This document shows, piece by piece, positions 49,646 through 59,920 of a stretch of DNA of 64,000 bases. Positions within the stretch are counted from its first letter, which is position 1. Each line of letters starts with the position of its first letter. Below the pieces are notes generated by a model. That model worked only from the letters and a program-made list of their open reading frames with translations. It had not been told where the DNA came from and did not search any database. The position numbers and the translations under genes are program-made. This DNA is from an uncultured Verrucomicrobiota bacterium (GTDB lineage: Bacteria; Verrucomicrobiota; Verrucomicrobiia; Opitutales; Opitutaceae): positions 26,034-90,033 of the forward strand of contig CAIOCT010000039.1 in the NCBI GenBank assembly GCA_903856725.1. Reading direction: 5' to 3'.

Positions 49646-50569
49646 TCAGGTCAGGGTCACGCCTTTAGCTTTCGCTGAGCGGAGGAGAGCATCAGCCATA
49701 TCAGAGGGGGTGACGGCGACTTCGATGCCGCATTCTTTGAAGACGGCGATTTTGGCTGCGGCGGTATCCTCGGCGCCGCCGACGATAGCGCCGGCGTGGC
49801 CCATGCGACGACCGGCAGGGGCGGTGGCGCCGGCGATGAAGCCAGCGACCGGCTTGGTGCAATTCGCTTTGATCCACCGCGCGGCTTCGACCTCAGCGTT
49901 GCCGCCGATTTCGCCGATGAGAATAATCCCGTGTGTCTCAGGATCCGCGTTGAAGAGTTTGATCACATCGAGGTGATTAGTTCCGTTGACGGGGTCGCCG
50001 CCAATGCCAACGCAGGTTGTCTGGCCAATATTTTTTGAGGTGAGCTGGAAGACCGCTTCATAGGTCAGAGTGCCTGAGCGTGAGACAACACCGACGTGGC
50101 CTTGTTTATGAATATAACCTGGGGCGATACCGATGCGGCAGCCGCCAGAGGAGTCTTTGCCATTGCCGGGGGTAACAATTCCGGGGCAATTTGGACCTAG
50201 CAGGCGAGTTTTGCTGCCCTGCATGGCGCGTTTTACCCGGATCATGTCCTTAATTGGAATGCCCTCGGTGATGGCGACCGCCAGATCAAGGCCCGCATCA
50301 ACGCACTCGAGGATGGCGTCAGCTGCATAGGGCGGTGGCACAAAAATAACGGACACGCTGGCCCCGGTTGCTTGAGCCGCGTCCGCGACGGAATTAAAAA
50401 TGGGAACCTTGTGGGTGCCGTGTTCAAAAAATTGGCCGCCCTTACCTGGGGTGACGCCTGCGACTACCTGGGTGCCGTAGTCGAGTGAGAGCTTGGCGTG
50501 ACGGCCACCGAAGTCGCCGGTGATGCCTTGGACAATAATCTTCGTTTTAGGAGTGATGAGAATGCTCAT
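49646..50569 (-). CDS. sucD: Succinyl-CoA synthetase alpha subunit
   Basis: IVQGITG, LGPNCPG, SRSGTLTYE, RMGHAGAI. Confidence 0.97.
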   Translation of the reverse strand: MSILITPKTKIIVQGITGDFGGRHAKLSLDYGTQVVAGVTPGKGGQFFEHGTHKVPIFNSVADAAQATGASVSVIFVPPPYAADAILECVDAGLDLAVAITEGIPIKDMIRVKRAMQGSKTRLLGPNCPGIVTPGNGKDSSGGCRIGIAPGYIHKQGHVGVVSRSGTLTYEAVFQLTSKNIGQTTCVGIGGDPVNGTNHLDVIKLFNADPETHGIILIGEIGGNAEVEAARWIKANCTKPVAGFIAGATAPAGRRMGHAGAIVGGAEDTAAAKIAVFKECGIEVAVTPSDMADALLRSAKAKGVTLT

Positions 50570-50630
50570 GGAAAGGTTGGGGGAGGATTAAGCGGCGGAG
50601 CAGTGATAATGCGCTGACATGCAGGGAGGC

Positions 50631-51812
50631 TTAGGCGACTAGCTTGACGATTTTCTGGGCCGCATCGGCCATGGTGTCGCCGGAGACGAGGGCGAGACCA
50701 GAAGCCGCGAGAGTTGCTTTGCCTGCAGCCACATTATTGCCCTCGAGGCGAACGACGAGGGGCAGTTTAAGGCCAACCTCTTTGACCGCGGCGACGATGC
50801 CAGTGGCAATGACGTTGCAGTCCATGATGCCGCCGAAAATATTAACCAAAATACCTTTCACGTTTTTATCGCCGAGGATGATCTTGAAGGCGGCGATCAC
50901 TTGGTCCTTGGAGGCGCCACCACCCACATCGAGGAAATTGGCGGGGGTGCCGCCGAAGTGTTGAATGATATCCATCGTGCTCATTGCGAGACCGGCGCCA
51001 TTAACGAGGCAGGCGATATTTCCATCCAAAGCGATGTAGCTGAGCGAATATTTGGAAGCCTCAATTTCTTTGGAGTCTTCTTCGTTAAGATCACGCAGCG
51101 CGACAATTTCTGGATGGCGGTAGAGGGCGTTGGAGTCGAAAGATACCTTGGCATCGAGGGCGAGGACGTCGCCGGTGGGGGTGGTGATGAGCGGGTTAAC
51201 TTCGATCATCGCCGCATCGGTTTCCCAGAAAGCCGTATAGAGATTGCGGATAAGTTTGGCGGCGTTCTTGGCTTCGATCCCCGTGAATCCTAATTTAAAA
51301 ATAAGTTCGCGAACTTGGAAATCGGCGAGGCCGTAGGCTGGATCGATGAGGATTTTAAATAATTTCTCAGGCGTCTCATGCGCAACTTTCTCGATTTCTA
51401 CGCCGCCTTCAGTGGAGGCAACGATGACGGGTCGCGAGCTGTTGCGGTCGAGGAGGATGGCGAGATAGTATTCTTTTTTAATTTCGCTCGCGACGGTGAA
51501 ATAGATCGTCTGAACCTTGCGACCTGCGGGTCCTGTTTGGATGGTGACTAAGGTATTCCCGAGCATATTGGCCGCCATGGCTTGGGCCTCGGCTTTGGTT
51601 TTACAGAATTTCACGCCCCCCTTGAAGCCGTTGGTGAAAGTACCCTTGCCGCGACCGCCGGCATGGATCTGAGATTTAACCATGGTGGGACCCTCGGGGA
51701 GTTGGTCGAGGGCGGTGATAAAGCCCGCGGGGGTGGTCGCGACGGCACCCTTCGGAACGGGTACACCAAATTTTTCGAAGATAGCTTTAGCTTGATACTC
51801 GTGAATGTTCAT
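50631..51812 (-). CDS. sucC: Succinyl-CoA synthetase beta subunit
   Basis: [43 protein letters not shown]. Confidence 0.97.
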   Translation of the reverse strand: MNIHEYQAKAIFEKFGVPVPKGAVATTPAGFITALDQLPEGPTMVKSQIHAGGRGKGTFTNGFKGGVKFCKTKAEAQAMAANMLGNTLVTIQTGPAGRKVQTIYFTVASEIKKEYYLAILLDRNSSRPVIVASTEGGVEIEKVAHETPEKLFKILIDPAYGLADFQVRELIFKLGFTGIEAKNAAKLIRNLYTAFWETDAAMIEVNPLITTPTGDVLALDAKVSFDSNALYRHPEIVALRDLNEEDSKEIEASKYSLSYIALDGNIACLVNGAGLAMSTMDIIQHFGGTPANFLDVGGGASKDQVIAAFKIILGDKNVKGILVNIFGGIMDCNVIATGIVAAVKEVGLKLPLVVRLEGNNVAAGKATLAASGLALVSGDTMADAAQKIVKLVA

Positions 51813-51999
51813 GGGGAAAAGATGCAGTGATTTGCCATAAAGCTTGGGAGAATGACACGAAAAAACAGTCGGGCTGGTATTATTTACGTATCCTCATCCC
51901 TCGCTGGCCTGGGGCGGGGTAAACTAATGGGTGGCTGCTGCTCTTGAAGTGAGTGGCTCTGGGGTTGCCATGCGGGGTCGGGTACGCAACTTGGACCCC

Positions 52000-52497
52000 A
52001 TGGAATCACACGAGTTGCTTAAAGAAGTGCTAAAGAAGACGAGTGCGAAGCAGATTGCTGCGGAGATGAGTTTATCCCTCTCACTGATTTATAAATGGGC
52101 TGAGCCGCCCGTAGACGGTACGGGCAGTGGAGCTAACAATCCCCTCGATCGTATTGAGCAATTGGTCCGCATCACGGGCGATAATCGGATCGCGCAGTGG
52201 GTATGTGAGTTAGCTGGTGGATTTTATATCGCTAATCCTAAAGTTAAGCCGGATGCGCATCAGTTAATTCCTTCCACTAATAGCATCATCCAAGAATTTG
52301 CTGACATGTTGGGGGTGATCGCCCTCGCGGCCTCGGATAATCAAATTACCCCTGATGAGGCCAAAGCCATCCGCCGCCGGTGGGAAGACCTCAAGTCGGT
52401 TACTGAGGGATTTGTGCGCCATGCCGAACAAGGCGAGTTCGCTGCACTTAAAGCCCCGACAATTACTGGGGCGGAGCGATCCGGGCGTAACAGCTGA
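52000..52497 (+). CDS. Phage regulatory CII-family-like HTH protein, solitary
   Basis: AKQIAAEMSLSLSLIYKWAEP HTH; NPLDR; DNQITPDEAKAIRRRWEDLK; start moved to MESHEL. Confidence 0.7.
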   Translation: MESHELLKEVLKKTSAKQIAAEMSLSLSLIYKWAEPPVDGTGSGANNPLDRIEQLVRITGDNRIAQWVCELAGGFYIANPKVKPDAHQLIPSTNSIIQEFADMLGVIALAASDNQITPDEAKAIRRRWEDLKSVTEGFVRHAEQGEFAALKAPTITGAERSGRNS

Positions 52498-52510
52498 CCG
52501 CGGCGATTAA

Positions 52511-53251
52511 TCAGGATAAATGCTGGCGGAGAAACTCTGCTTGCAGTGCGGTTAGCTCGGTGAGGCCTTGCTGGGCTAGTCCAAGGAGGCTCTGGAGTTG
52601 CGCGTGAGAGAAGGTGGATTGTTCGCCGCTGCTCTGGACTTCGACGAAATCACCGCGCCCCGTCATCACAATATTGGCATCAACTTCCGCGTCTTTATCT
52701 TCGAGGTAATTAAGATCGAGGAGCGCCTCGCCACCGACGAGCCCAACGCTGACTGCGGCGACAGAATCGGTGAAAGGATTCTCGGTGATTTTTTTTGCAT
52801 TTAGCAGTTTCTGAACCGCGAGGCGAGCGGCAAGGTAGGCCCCGGTGATGGCGGCGGTGCGAGTGCCGCCGTCGGCTTGCAGGACGTCACAGTCGAGCCA
52901 AAGCGTATGTTCGCCAAATTTTTTTAGGTCGAGTACTGCGCGGATGGAGCGACCGATGAGACGTTGAATTTCGATGGTGCGACCATCGATTTTACCTTTG
53001 CTGATATCGCGCGCTTTCCGATCGAGCGTGCTGTAGGGCAGCATGGAATATTCCGCGGTTACCCAGCCACCGCTGACGCCCTGTTGTCGCATCCAAGAGG
53101 GGACTTTAGGTTCAATGGTCGCAGCACAGATGACGCGGGTTTGACCGAAGCCGATGAGCACCGAGCCCGCGGCGTAAGGCGCGATATTAGCCGCGAGGGT
53201 GAGGGGGCGGAGTTGGTGGGCGGAGCGGGCGTCGAGGCGAGGCGTCGGCAT
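52511..53251 (-). CDS. rph: Ribonuclease PH
   Basis: GWVTAEYSMLP, RTIEIQRLIGRSIR, DVLQADGGTRTAAITG; start moved to MPTPRL. Confidence 0.96.
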   Translation of the reverse strand: MPTPRLDARSAHQLRPLTLAANIAPYAAGSVLIGFGQTRVICAATIEPKVPSWMRQQGVSGGWVTAEYSMLPYSTLDRKARDISKGKIDGRTIEIQRLIGRSIRAVLDLKKFGEHTLWLDCDVLQADGGTRTAAITGAYLAARLAVQKLLNAKKITENPFTDSVAAVSVGLVGGEALLDLNYLEDKDAEVDANIVMTGRGDFVEVQSSGEQSTFSHAQLQSLLGLAQQGLTELTALQAEFLRQHLS

Positions 53252-53255
53252 AGAG

Positions 53256-54287
53256 TCAGGTGGCATCATCTTCAGTTTCATCATCAGTCTGAGCGCGGGT
53301 GGGCGGCAGGTGGGCTTTGAGGTTAGGGCGCTTGCCGCCCTCCGGGGCAGCCATGTGGGCGATGAGACGATCGTTAAAGGTTTTGGCGGGGTCGTGCCCC
53401 ATGTTTTTTAAGGCTTGGACGAGCGCGGCTACTTCAACCAGTCGGGCAATGTCGCGACCGGGGCGCACATAGAATTCAATATGGGGCACGCGAACGCCAA
53501 GGATATCATAATAATTTTCCTCAAGGCCGGTGCGTTCTTCCACCACCTCGGGTGACCATTCGCGGAGGGAGACGACCAGGTCGATGCGTTTTTCAAGGCG
53601 AATGCTTTTAACTCCGAACATTTCTGCGATATTAATGATGCCGATACCGCGACACTCCATGTACCCGCGGTTCAACGGACGGGAGCTAGCGGAAAGTTCA
53701 CGTTCATCGAGGAGCTTAATCACGGTGAGATCATCGGCTACTAACGAGTGGCCACGCTCGATCAGCGCGAGCGCACATTCAGATTTCCCGATGCCGCTAT
53801 CACCACGAATCATAACACCGATGCCCTTGATATCGAGAGTGGTCGCATGTTCGGTGCCCGAAGCTGCGAATTCATTGTCGATGCACAGCGTGGCGGCATT
53901 CACGAAATTCATCGTGATGAGCGGGGTGCGAAAAATCGGCAGCTTCATCTCCTCGGAGACGGCTAGCATCGGGTGGGTCGCTACGTAATTCCGGGTGAGC
54001 ACAATGCAGGGGATCCCGCGCCGCACCATTTCTTGAAAAATCTCGATTTGCTGACGCTGCGGCAGCGTCTTGAGGTAGGTCATTTCGGCCGCGCCAAAAA
54101 CCTGGATGCGTTTATTGGCAAAATATTTAAAAAAACCGGTGAGGGCCAGGGAGGGGCGATTGATCGAGCCTTCCCGGATGAGGCGATCCAAATCAACTTC
54201 TTTGGTCACTAGCTCGAGTTGCAATTTCTCACGATAGGTTTCGTAGAAATGAGCGACGGTGATGCCGGGAAAGGTTTTAGTGGGCAT
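53256..54287 (-). CDS. hprK: HPr kinase/phosphorylase
   Basis: GDSGIGKSECAL, LVADD, MECRGIGII, VRPGRDIA. Confidence 0.95.
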   Translation of the reverse strand: MPTKTFPGITVAHFYETYREKLQLELVTKEVDLDRLIREGSINRPSLALTGFFKYFANKRIQVFGAAEMTYLKTLPQRQQIEIFQEMVRRGIPCIVLTRNYVATHPMLAVSEEMKLPIFRTPLITMNFVNAATLCIDNEFAASGTEHATTLDIKGIGVMIRGDSGIGKSECALALIERGHSLVADDLTVIKLLDERELSASSRPLNRGYMECRGIGIINIAEMFGVKSIRLEKRIDLVVSLREWSPEVVEERTGLEENYYDILGVRVPHIEFYVRPGRDIARLVEVAALVQALKNMGHDPAKTFNDRLIAHMAAPEGGKRPNLKAHLPPTRAQTDDETEDDAT

Positions 54288-54377
54288 GGGCGAGTGGGTG
54301 ACGGTACGAGCTGGGCTTAGACTAAGATGTTCACGGCAACAAGCTCCTACTCGTGGCGGTTAGTCCGCCACAGTAGG

Positions 54378-55115
54378 CTACAGATTAAAATCCTGACCAA
54401 GGTAAAGCTCGCGAGCCTGCGCATCGTTGATGAGAAAATCGCCGGAGCCTTCCGTCATGACTTTGCCTTTGTGGATAATATAGCCGCGGTCGACAATCCG
54501 CAGGGTTTCGCGCACATTGTGGTCGGTAATCAAGACGCCAATGCCGCGCCGTTTGAGATCGAGAATGATTTTCTGTACTTCAGCGACAGAGATGGGGTCG
54601 ACGCCCGCAAATGGTTCGTCCATGAGCAAAAAGCGGGGACGCGTCACGAGGGCCCGCGCGAATTCCAGTCGGCGGCGTTCGCCACCCGACAGCGTGTAAG
54701 CTTTTTGTTTAGCCAAGTGGCTCAAGCTGAGTTCCGCGAGATGGTGGGCGACTAAGGCGGACCGTTCACGACTGGGGACGGGCAGGGTTTCAACAATCGC
54801 GAGAATGTTTTCAGCCACGGTTAGCTTGCGAAAGACGGAGGATTCTTGCGGTAGGTAGCCGACGCCAAGCCGTGCGCGGCGGTGCATGCGCAGTTGGGTG
54901 GCATCTTGGCCGTGAATAAACACTCGTCCGGTGGTGGCCGGAACGAGGCCGACTACCATGTAAAAGGTGGTAGTCTTGCCGGCGCCATTAGGTCCAAGGA
55001 GGCCGACGACTTCGCCAGCTTGGACGTTAATATTGACGCCATTCACGACTGGCCGTTGGCCATATATTTTAACCAAACCCTCGGTGCGAATCTCTGTGGT
55101 GGTAGCCATGCTCAC
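54378..55115 (-). CDS. lptB: LPS export ABC transporter ATP-binding protein
   Basis: GPNGAGKTTTFYM, LSGGERRRLEFARAL, DEPFAGVDP, TDHNVRETL. Confidence 0.95.
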   Translation of the reverse strand: MSMATTTEIRTEGLVKIYGQRPVVNGVNINVQAGEVVGLLGPNGAGKTTTFYMVVGLVPATTGRVFIHGQDATQLRMHRRARLGVGYLPQESSVFRKLTVAENILAIVETLPVPSRERSALVAHHLAELSLSHLAKQKAYTLSGGERRRLEFARALVTRPRFLLMDEPFAGVDPISVAEVQKIILDLKRRGIGVLITDHNVRETLRIVDRGYIIHKGKVMTEGSGDFLINDAQARELYLGQDFNL

Positions 55116-55678
55116 GGTTGCTTAGGGCTAGGGACAGTTGCTGGCGCGGATTTTTTTTCCTGATCAAAGCCCAGATCTTTAATTGCGGGGAGCGTGATTC
55201 GCGTGGGCGCACTCTCGATTCCTTCAATGACGGCGCGGCGTTCGCCCCGATAAAGCACCATCTTGGGGCCCGTGGCGGTTGCGCCGTTAGCTAAATCTTT
55301 AATGGTCGGATGATCAGTCAAAATAATCTTATCATCATCGGGTAAAACTTCGGCGCGCCCGCAGGTCGCTTCACGATCAGATTGAAGGATCTGAACGTGG
55401 CCTTCCGCGATGAGCGATTTAAACCGGGCCAGTTTGCCGATCGTCGCCGTGGGGTCGCCTTTGCGGGTGGTTGTTACGGTTAGCTGATCGCAGGTGAGCT
55501 TGAGGTTGGTGCCGCTGACCTTAACGTTTTTCGTGAAGATGAAAGTGGTCAGCGTATCCGTGCTCCGCATATCGAGTTGTTCGCTATCGATCACCGTTGG
55601 TTGAGTCTCCGTGGCTTGGGCTAACGCGCCCCAGAGGGTGGCAGATAATAAGAGGGGAAGCAGGCGGCGCAGATTCAT
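55112..55678 (-). CDS. lptA: LptA/OstA-family LPS transport protein
   Basis: Signal peptide, beta-jellyroll pattern, position between lptC and lptB. Confidence 0.8.
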   Translation of the reverse strand: MNLRRLLPLLLSATLWGALAQATETQPTVIDSEQLDMRSTDTLTTFIFTKNVKVSGTNLKLTCDQLTVTTTRKGDPTATIGKLARFKSLIAEGHVQILQSDREATCGRAEVLPDDDKIILTDHPTIKDLANGATATGPKMVLYRGERRAVIEGIESAPTRITLPAIKDLGFDQEKKSAPATVPSPKQP

Positions 55679-56154
55679 TTTAATATTTCCTTAAATTCGG
55701 CGTGGAAAATAACGCGTACATTGTGGGCGATTGTGACTTGATGTTCTTTGTAAGCGTAACGCCAGTCGCTGCCAGTTGCCTCAAATTCATCATTAATTAC
55801 CCGAATGGTTTGCGGGCCTGTAATGACGGCTTCCGTTGGTTGGATAGCGGCGCGGGGGCTGAGAATCATGGTCTGGACTTTTTCGTCTGCTTGGCCCGAG
55901 AAAATTGAAAGAGTTAATTCCTGCACTGCGATATGATTGGGATTTAGATAACGCGCTTCTGAGCCGCGCACGAGCCAAGCGCGATAGCCTTCCGGCGTAA
56001 AGTGCGGCAGGCTGAAATTAATAATGGGGCGATTGCCGGAAATTTGAGTGGTGGCCCCCATCGCCCCCGCGAGCGGGGTGAGGAGGAGAATCAAAAATTG
56101 CAGGAAAGGGATCACGCGGAGATCATTGACCTCGCTGGGCCAAGATTTGTTCAC
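55675..56154 (-). CDS. lptC: LptC-like LPS export protein (start uncertain)
   Basis: N-terminal hydrophobic segment, beta-rich body, kdsC-lptC-lptA-lptB synteny. Confidence 0.65.
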   Translation of the reverse strand: MNKSWPSEVNDLRVIPFLQFLILLLTPLAGAMGATTQISGNRPIINFSLPHFTPEGYRAWLVRGSEARYLNPNHIAVQELTLSIFSGQADEKVQTMILSPRAAIQPTEAVITGPQTIRVINDEFEATGSDWRYAYKEHQVTIAHNVRVIFHAEFKEILK

Positions 56155-56632
56155 AAATTTCGCGGACGGCCCCGTGCCCAGCAGGTCGAGTGGGGGTATA
56201 GCGTGCGGCCTCTAACGCGGTCGGCATAGCCGCAGTCGGAGCGACGCCGATGCCAGCCCAAGCAATGGCCGGCGCATCGATATCATCATCGCCCATGTAG
56301 CAAATCTGGGCGGCGCCTAAGCCCAATTGCGTCGCGAGTTCTTGGAGGGCGGCTAATTTGTCGGTGCGACCTTGGATGAGATGAGGCACGCGGAGTTCTG
56401 TCGCGCGCCGGGTCGTGGCCTGCGAGGCGCGGCCGGAGATCCAGGCGACGGCGACGCCAGCTTGGTGCAAGCGGACCAGGCCCATTCCATCGAGAATCGA
56501 GAAATTTTTTGTTTCCACGCCATCGCTAGAGATAGCCACCGTACCGTCGGTTAAGACGCCATCGACATCCATGGCGAAGAGGCGAATGGCGGCCCACTGG
56601 GCGGGCAGGGGATGAGAGGCGGGGTGCGACAT
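56123..56632 (-). CDS. kdsC: KDO-8-phosphate phosphatase (HAD family)
   Basis: DVDGVLTDG, ISGR, YMGDDDID, GHGAVRE. Confidence 0.9.
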   Translation of the reverse strand: MSHPASHPLPAQWAAIRLFAMDVDGVLTDGTVAISSDGVETKNFSILDGMGLVRLHQAGVAVAWISGRASQATTRRATELRVPHLIQGRTDKLAALQELATQLGLGAAQICYMGDDDIDAPAIAWAGIGVAPTAAMPTALEAARYTPTRPAGHGAVREICEQILAQRGQ

Positions 56633-56644
56633 GGAATGAAGGCC

Positions 56645-56671
56645 AGATTCTGGGCTAGGCTCAGAATGACA
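56645..56671. repeat. Single degenerate REP-like palindrome
   Basis: AGATTCTGGGCTAGGCTCAGAATGACA resembles the AGATTCTTCGCT.CGCTCAGAATGACA REP class; one copy in the window. Confidence 0.45.
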
Positions 56672-56710
56672 AGAGTGAAGCTCGTCGATTCAGGGGTGAG
56701 CGGTTCGCTT

Positions 56711-57649
56711 TTAAATAAGTTTGGGCAGGGCCGCTTGAATCGCGGTGCGATGGGGTTCGAGGTGGGGGGGCAAGGAGAGTCGCGTGCCGAGTGTGGTCGG
56801 TGATTCGTCAATGGTGAAGCCCGGTTGGTCGGTCGCGATTTCAAAAAGAACGCCACCGGGCTCACGATAATAAATCGATTTGAAGTAGGCGCGGTCGATT
56901 ACAGGGCTGACGGCCAAGCCGCTTGCCACGAGTACAGTGCGCGCCGCAGATTGATTGGCATCATCGTTGGCTCGAAAGGCGACGTGGTGAATGGTGCCGC
57001 TTCCATTCAAGCCGCGCGGCAGATTCGGATCGGTCAATAAGTCGACATAGGTGCCGGGTCCGCCCTGATCGACAGTGTAGCGAGTGCGGTAGCCTGCTTG
57101 AGCGATTAAACGATAGCCCATGGAGTCTGTGAGCACCGTTGCGGTCGCTGCGGCGGAGAGCAGGGCCAGCGTGGTGCTGTGGAATCCGCGAATGGCATTT
57201 TCAAGCGGCACATCCTCGGATGGTGCGGGTGATCGCAAATCAGTTTCGCTGGTGGCGATTAATTCAAGGCGGAGATCATCAGGATCGAAGAACGGGAGGA
57301 CCTCATCCGTAAAGCGATTTTCTCGCGGGAGGTGTTTGATGTTCATTTGGGCGAAACGCTGCTGCCAGAAATCCAACGATCCCAAGGGCACCGCGAAGCC
57401 TGTCGCATAAGCTTGGCCGGTGCCGGGGCGACCGCGCTTGAGCCCAGCCCACGGAAAAAATGTTAGGCAGGTCCCCGGGGAACCAAGATAATCGCCGTAG
57501 TAGAGGTGATAGGTGCCCGGGTCATCCTGATTTACAGATTGTTTTACGAAACGCAGCCCCAGCACCTTGGTGTAGAAGTGCAGATTGCGGCTGATGTCGG
57601 AAGAAATCGCCGTGATGTGATGCAGTCCGTGCGTGGTGGTCGAGTGCAT
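56711..57649 (-). CDS. VOC-family ring-cleaving dioxygenase (MhqO/A-like glyoxalase)
   Basis: GLHHITAI, VNQDDPGTYHLYYGD, HHVAFR, DRAYFKSIYYREPGGVLFEIATD. Confidence 0.92.
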   Translation of the reverse strand: MHSTTTHGLHHITAISSDISRNLHFYTKVLGLRFVKQSVNQDDPGTYHLYYGDYLGSPGTCLTFFPWAGLKRGRPGTGQAYATGFAVPLGSLDFWQQRFAQMNIKHLPRENRFTDEVLPFFDPDDLRLELIATSETDLRSPAPSEDVPLENAIRGFHSTTLALLSAAATATVLTDSMGYRLIAQAGYRTRYTVDQGGPGTYVDLLTDPNLPRGLNGSGTIHHVAFRANDDANQSAARTVLVASGLAVSPVIDRAYFKSIYYREPGGVLFEIATDQPGFTIDESPTTLGTRLSLPPHLEPHRTAIQAALPKLI

Positions 57650-57675
57650 GCCGGCTTTAATCAAATAAATTTAGT

Positions 57676-58119
57676 TCAGCGCTGGAGGCCGATTTTTTTG
57701 CAAAGCCGGCTGAGGTCGGCAAGTTCGGTGAAGGAAAGAGTATTCATTTCACGAGTCACTTTACCCACAACTTTCGGCCATAAGTTAGCGATGAAAGTTT
57801 GGCCATTTTCCGTCAATTTAACGACAACGAAGCGGCGGTCAGCGGGGTCGCGTTCGCGTAGCACGTAGCCAGCTTTTTCCAGATTATCGACCACGAGGGT
57901 CAGGTTTCCGCCGCTTTTTAATAATTTCTCCGCCAGTTCACTTTGGCAGAGCGGGCCGATATGATAGAGTGCGTCGAGGACACCAAACTGGGTAAGCGTG
58001 AGCGTTGCTGGAAGGGCTGTCTGGATGCGGACCGTGACCGACTCAGCGCTGCGCGCTAATTTAATAAAAGCATTAAGGGCATTGATTTCCTCGTTTGTGC
58101 CGCGGTGTCGAGTTCCCAT
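57676..58119 (-). CDS. MarR-family transcriptional regulator (MhqR-like)
   Basis: LTLTQFGVLDALYH, SGGNLTLVVDNLEKAGYV, DRR..VKLT. Confidence 0.92.
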   Translation of the reverse strand: MGTRHRGTNEEINALNAFIKLARSAESVTVRIQTALPATLTLTQFGVLDALYHIGPLCQSELAEKLLKSGGNLTLVVDNLEKAGYVLRERDPADRRFVVVKLTENGQTFIANLWPKVVGKVTREMNTLSFTELADLSRLCKKIGLQR

Positions 58120-58125
58120 GAAAAG

Positions 58126-58160
58126 AATGCTTTAAGCCAATGGTTTCATGTCAAAGCATT
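58126..58160. promoter_or_regulatory. Probable MarR auto-operator
   Basis: Inverted repeat AATGCTTT...AAAGCATT enclosing the imperfect palindrome TGGTTTCATGTCAAAGCA, directly before the marR start. Confidence 0.55.
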
Positions 58161-58193
58161 TATATGAAATAGCTATAAATTAACCATAACTCA

Positions 58194-58634
58194 TTAAGCC
58201 AGATCGATTTTATTAACTCGAGCTAAGTGACGGCCGCCCTCAAAGGCGGTATCAAGCCACACTTTAACAATCTTCAAAGCTTCCTCTTCCGTGACGGTCC
58301 GTTGGCCGAGGGAGAGGCAGTTGCCGTCGTTGTGGGAGCGATTCCAGATCGCGACTTGTTCATTCCAGCAGAGGCCGCAGCGGACGCCTTTAATGCGATT
58401 GGCCACGATGGCTTCACCGTTACCAGAGCCGCCTAAAATAATCCCGCGCTCAACTTCTCCGCGGGCTACCGCCACCGCTACCGGGCGAATAAAGTCGGGA
58501 TAGTCGCACGGGGCATCAGAATTCGTACCGCAGTCGCGAACCGTGTGCCCATCGGTGAGCAGCATCGCCTTAATTTTTTCCTTATAGGCAAAACCCGCGT
58601 GATCAGAGCCCAGAGCGATAGTGAATTTTTTCAT
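58194..58634 (-). CDS. rpiB: Ribose-5-phosphate isomerase B
   Basis: SDHAG, DYPD, GGSGNG, RSHNDGN, FEGGRH..R. Confidence 0.93.
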   Translation of the reverse strand: MKKFTIALGSDHAGFAYKEKIKAMLLTDGHTVRDCGTNSDAPCDYPDFIRPVAVAVARGEVERGIILGGSGNGEAIVANRIKGVRCGLCWNEQVAIWNRSHNDGNCLSLGQRTVTEEEALKIVKVWLDTAFEGGRHLARVNKIDLA

Positions 58635-58741
58635 AATAACGAGGAAGCGATTGTGGGGAAAGGGGCGACAGCCGTTATTCCTAGGCGTAGGAATGGCCGC
58701 AAACTAATTTCTATGCATGGCGCTCGTTCGCTGGGCTTTGT

Positions 58742-59428
58742 CTACCACGAGTCGATTAGTCGTAGAAATTTGGCAGTATCCGAGAAATTGGGAAATACAG
58801 CCGTTGGCTGATGAGCGGCCAATTCCGCCATGCTGTAGCGACCAGTGGCTACCCCGATAGTCTTGGCGCCGATCACTCGGCCGCATTCGATATCGTGGGG
58901 CGTGTCACCGATGATGACGGTTTGCTCGGGACGAAAATCGATGGCGTGGCGTTCTTTGGCTCGGCGCAAGGCATGGGGACCGAGGTCGTTGCGGCGCGGG
59001 CTATCATCGGCAAATGCGCCAAATTCAAAATAGGGCCACACTTGAAAGTGGGTGAGCTTGATTTCGGCCCCGCGCTTCAGGTTGCCGGTCAGTAACCCTT
59101 GGGCCACGTCGGGCCGTTGTTGCAAAATTTCCAGCAGATCGCGCACCCCGGGGAGGACTTGGCCAGGTGGGCCGTCGCGCAGTTCTTCCGGTAGGATTTG
59201 CAAATAGGTTTCCAAGTAATCGTGCGCATTCTGCGGCGTATCGGGCAAGCCGACATGGCGAAAAACTTCTCCGGTAATCCAAGTGTCGGTGCGGCCCGCC
59301 CAATCAATTTGGGTGAGATCATATATTTTTCCGAAACGTTGGGTAAGGGCCTTCTCCATCGCGCGGACGCCAGCGCCGTGGGAAACAATCATGGTTCCGT
59401 CAATATCCCAGAGGATAAGTTTTTTCAT
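58742..59428 (-). CDS. HAD-superfamily phosphatase
   Basis: WDIDGT, LLTGN, IIGDTPHDI motifs. Confidence 0.9.
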   Translation of the reverse strand: MKKLILWDIDGTMIVSHGAGVRAMEKALTQRFGKIYDLTQIDWAGRTDTWITGEVFRHVGLPDTPQNAHDYLETYLQILPEELRDGPPGQVLPGVRDLLEILQQRPDVAQGLLTGNLKRGAEIKLTHFQVWPYFEFGAFADDSPRRNDLGPHALRRAKERHAIDFRPEQTVIIGDTPHDIECGRVIGAKTIGVATGRYSMAELAAHQPTAVFPNFSDTAKFLRLIDSW

Positions 59429-59668
59429 GGGGCCGAGCGGTGGCGAAGCAGATTCATGCCAGAGGCGACGTAGGCGGGACCGTGGCGGGAGCTCAAGAAA
59501 TAAAGCGAGTACCCAGCTCCTCGTTTAACCGTGGTTCACCCGGGTCCGTGATCCTGCTTGCCTCTCAATTAGCATCATCTTCAGTCAGTAGAAATCTGCT
59601 CGCCGGCTTAATGACGAGTACATCAGATTCATTTAATTGACTGCTTATTTTTACGTCCGCTTGCCGCC

Positions 59669-59920
59669 ATGCCCGAAGCTCAAATAAAAATTGCTCTGAT
59701 CCAGCTGCATGCGGGGATTAAACAGGCTGACGGCGCCGTCATTTCACAAACGCTCGGCCAGCTTGAAGAATTATTGGCAACACACCGTGATAGCTTGCAC
59801 CCGCAGTTAGTTCATTTTTTAGCCGGACGCAGCTACGCGAAAGCGTTAGCTTATTTAGGGGGCGGCGCGGCACTCACCGTACCACCCGCCTCGCCCCCGG
59901 GAGGCTGCGGCGGACATTGA
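59669..59920 (+). CDS. Small helical hypothetical protein
   Basis: Plausible ATG; LHPQLVHFL..RSYAKALAYL; stop overlaps the next start. Confidence 0.65.
   Translation: MPEAQIKIALIQLHAGIKQADGAVISQTLGQLEELLATHRDSLHPQLVHFLAGRSYAKALAYLGGGAALTVPPASPPGGCGGH

Noticed and set aside
53256-56632. hprK within the kdsC-lptCAB cluster of a diderm
   Set aside because: Common conserved synteny, not novel
59429-59668. 240-nt intergenic region examined for an ncRNA or small ORF
   Set aside because: No stable conserved-looking structure or credible ORF; consistent with divergent promoters
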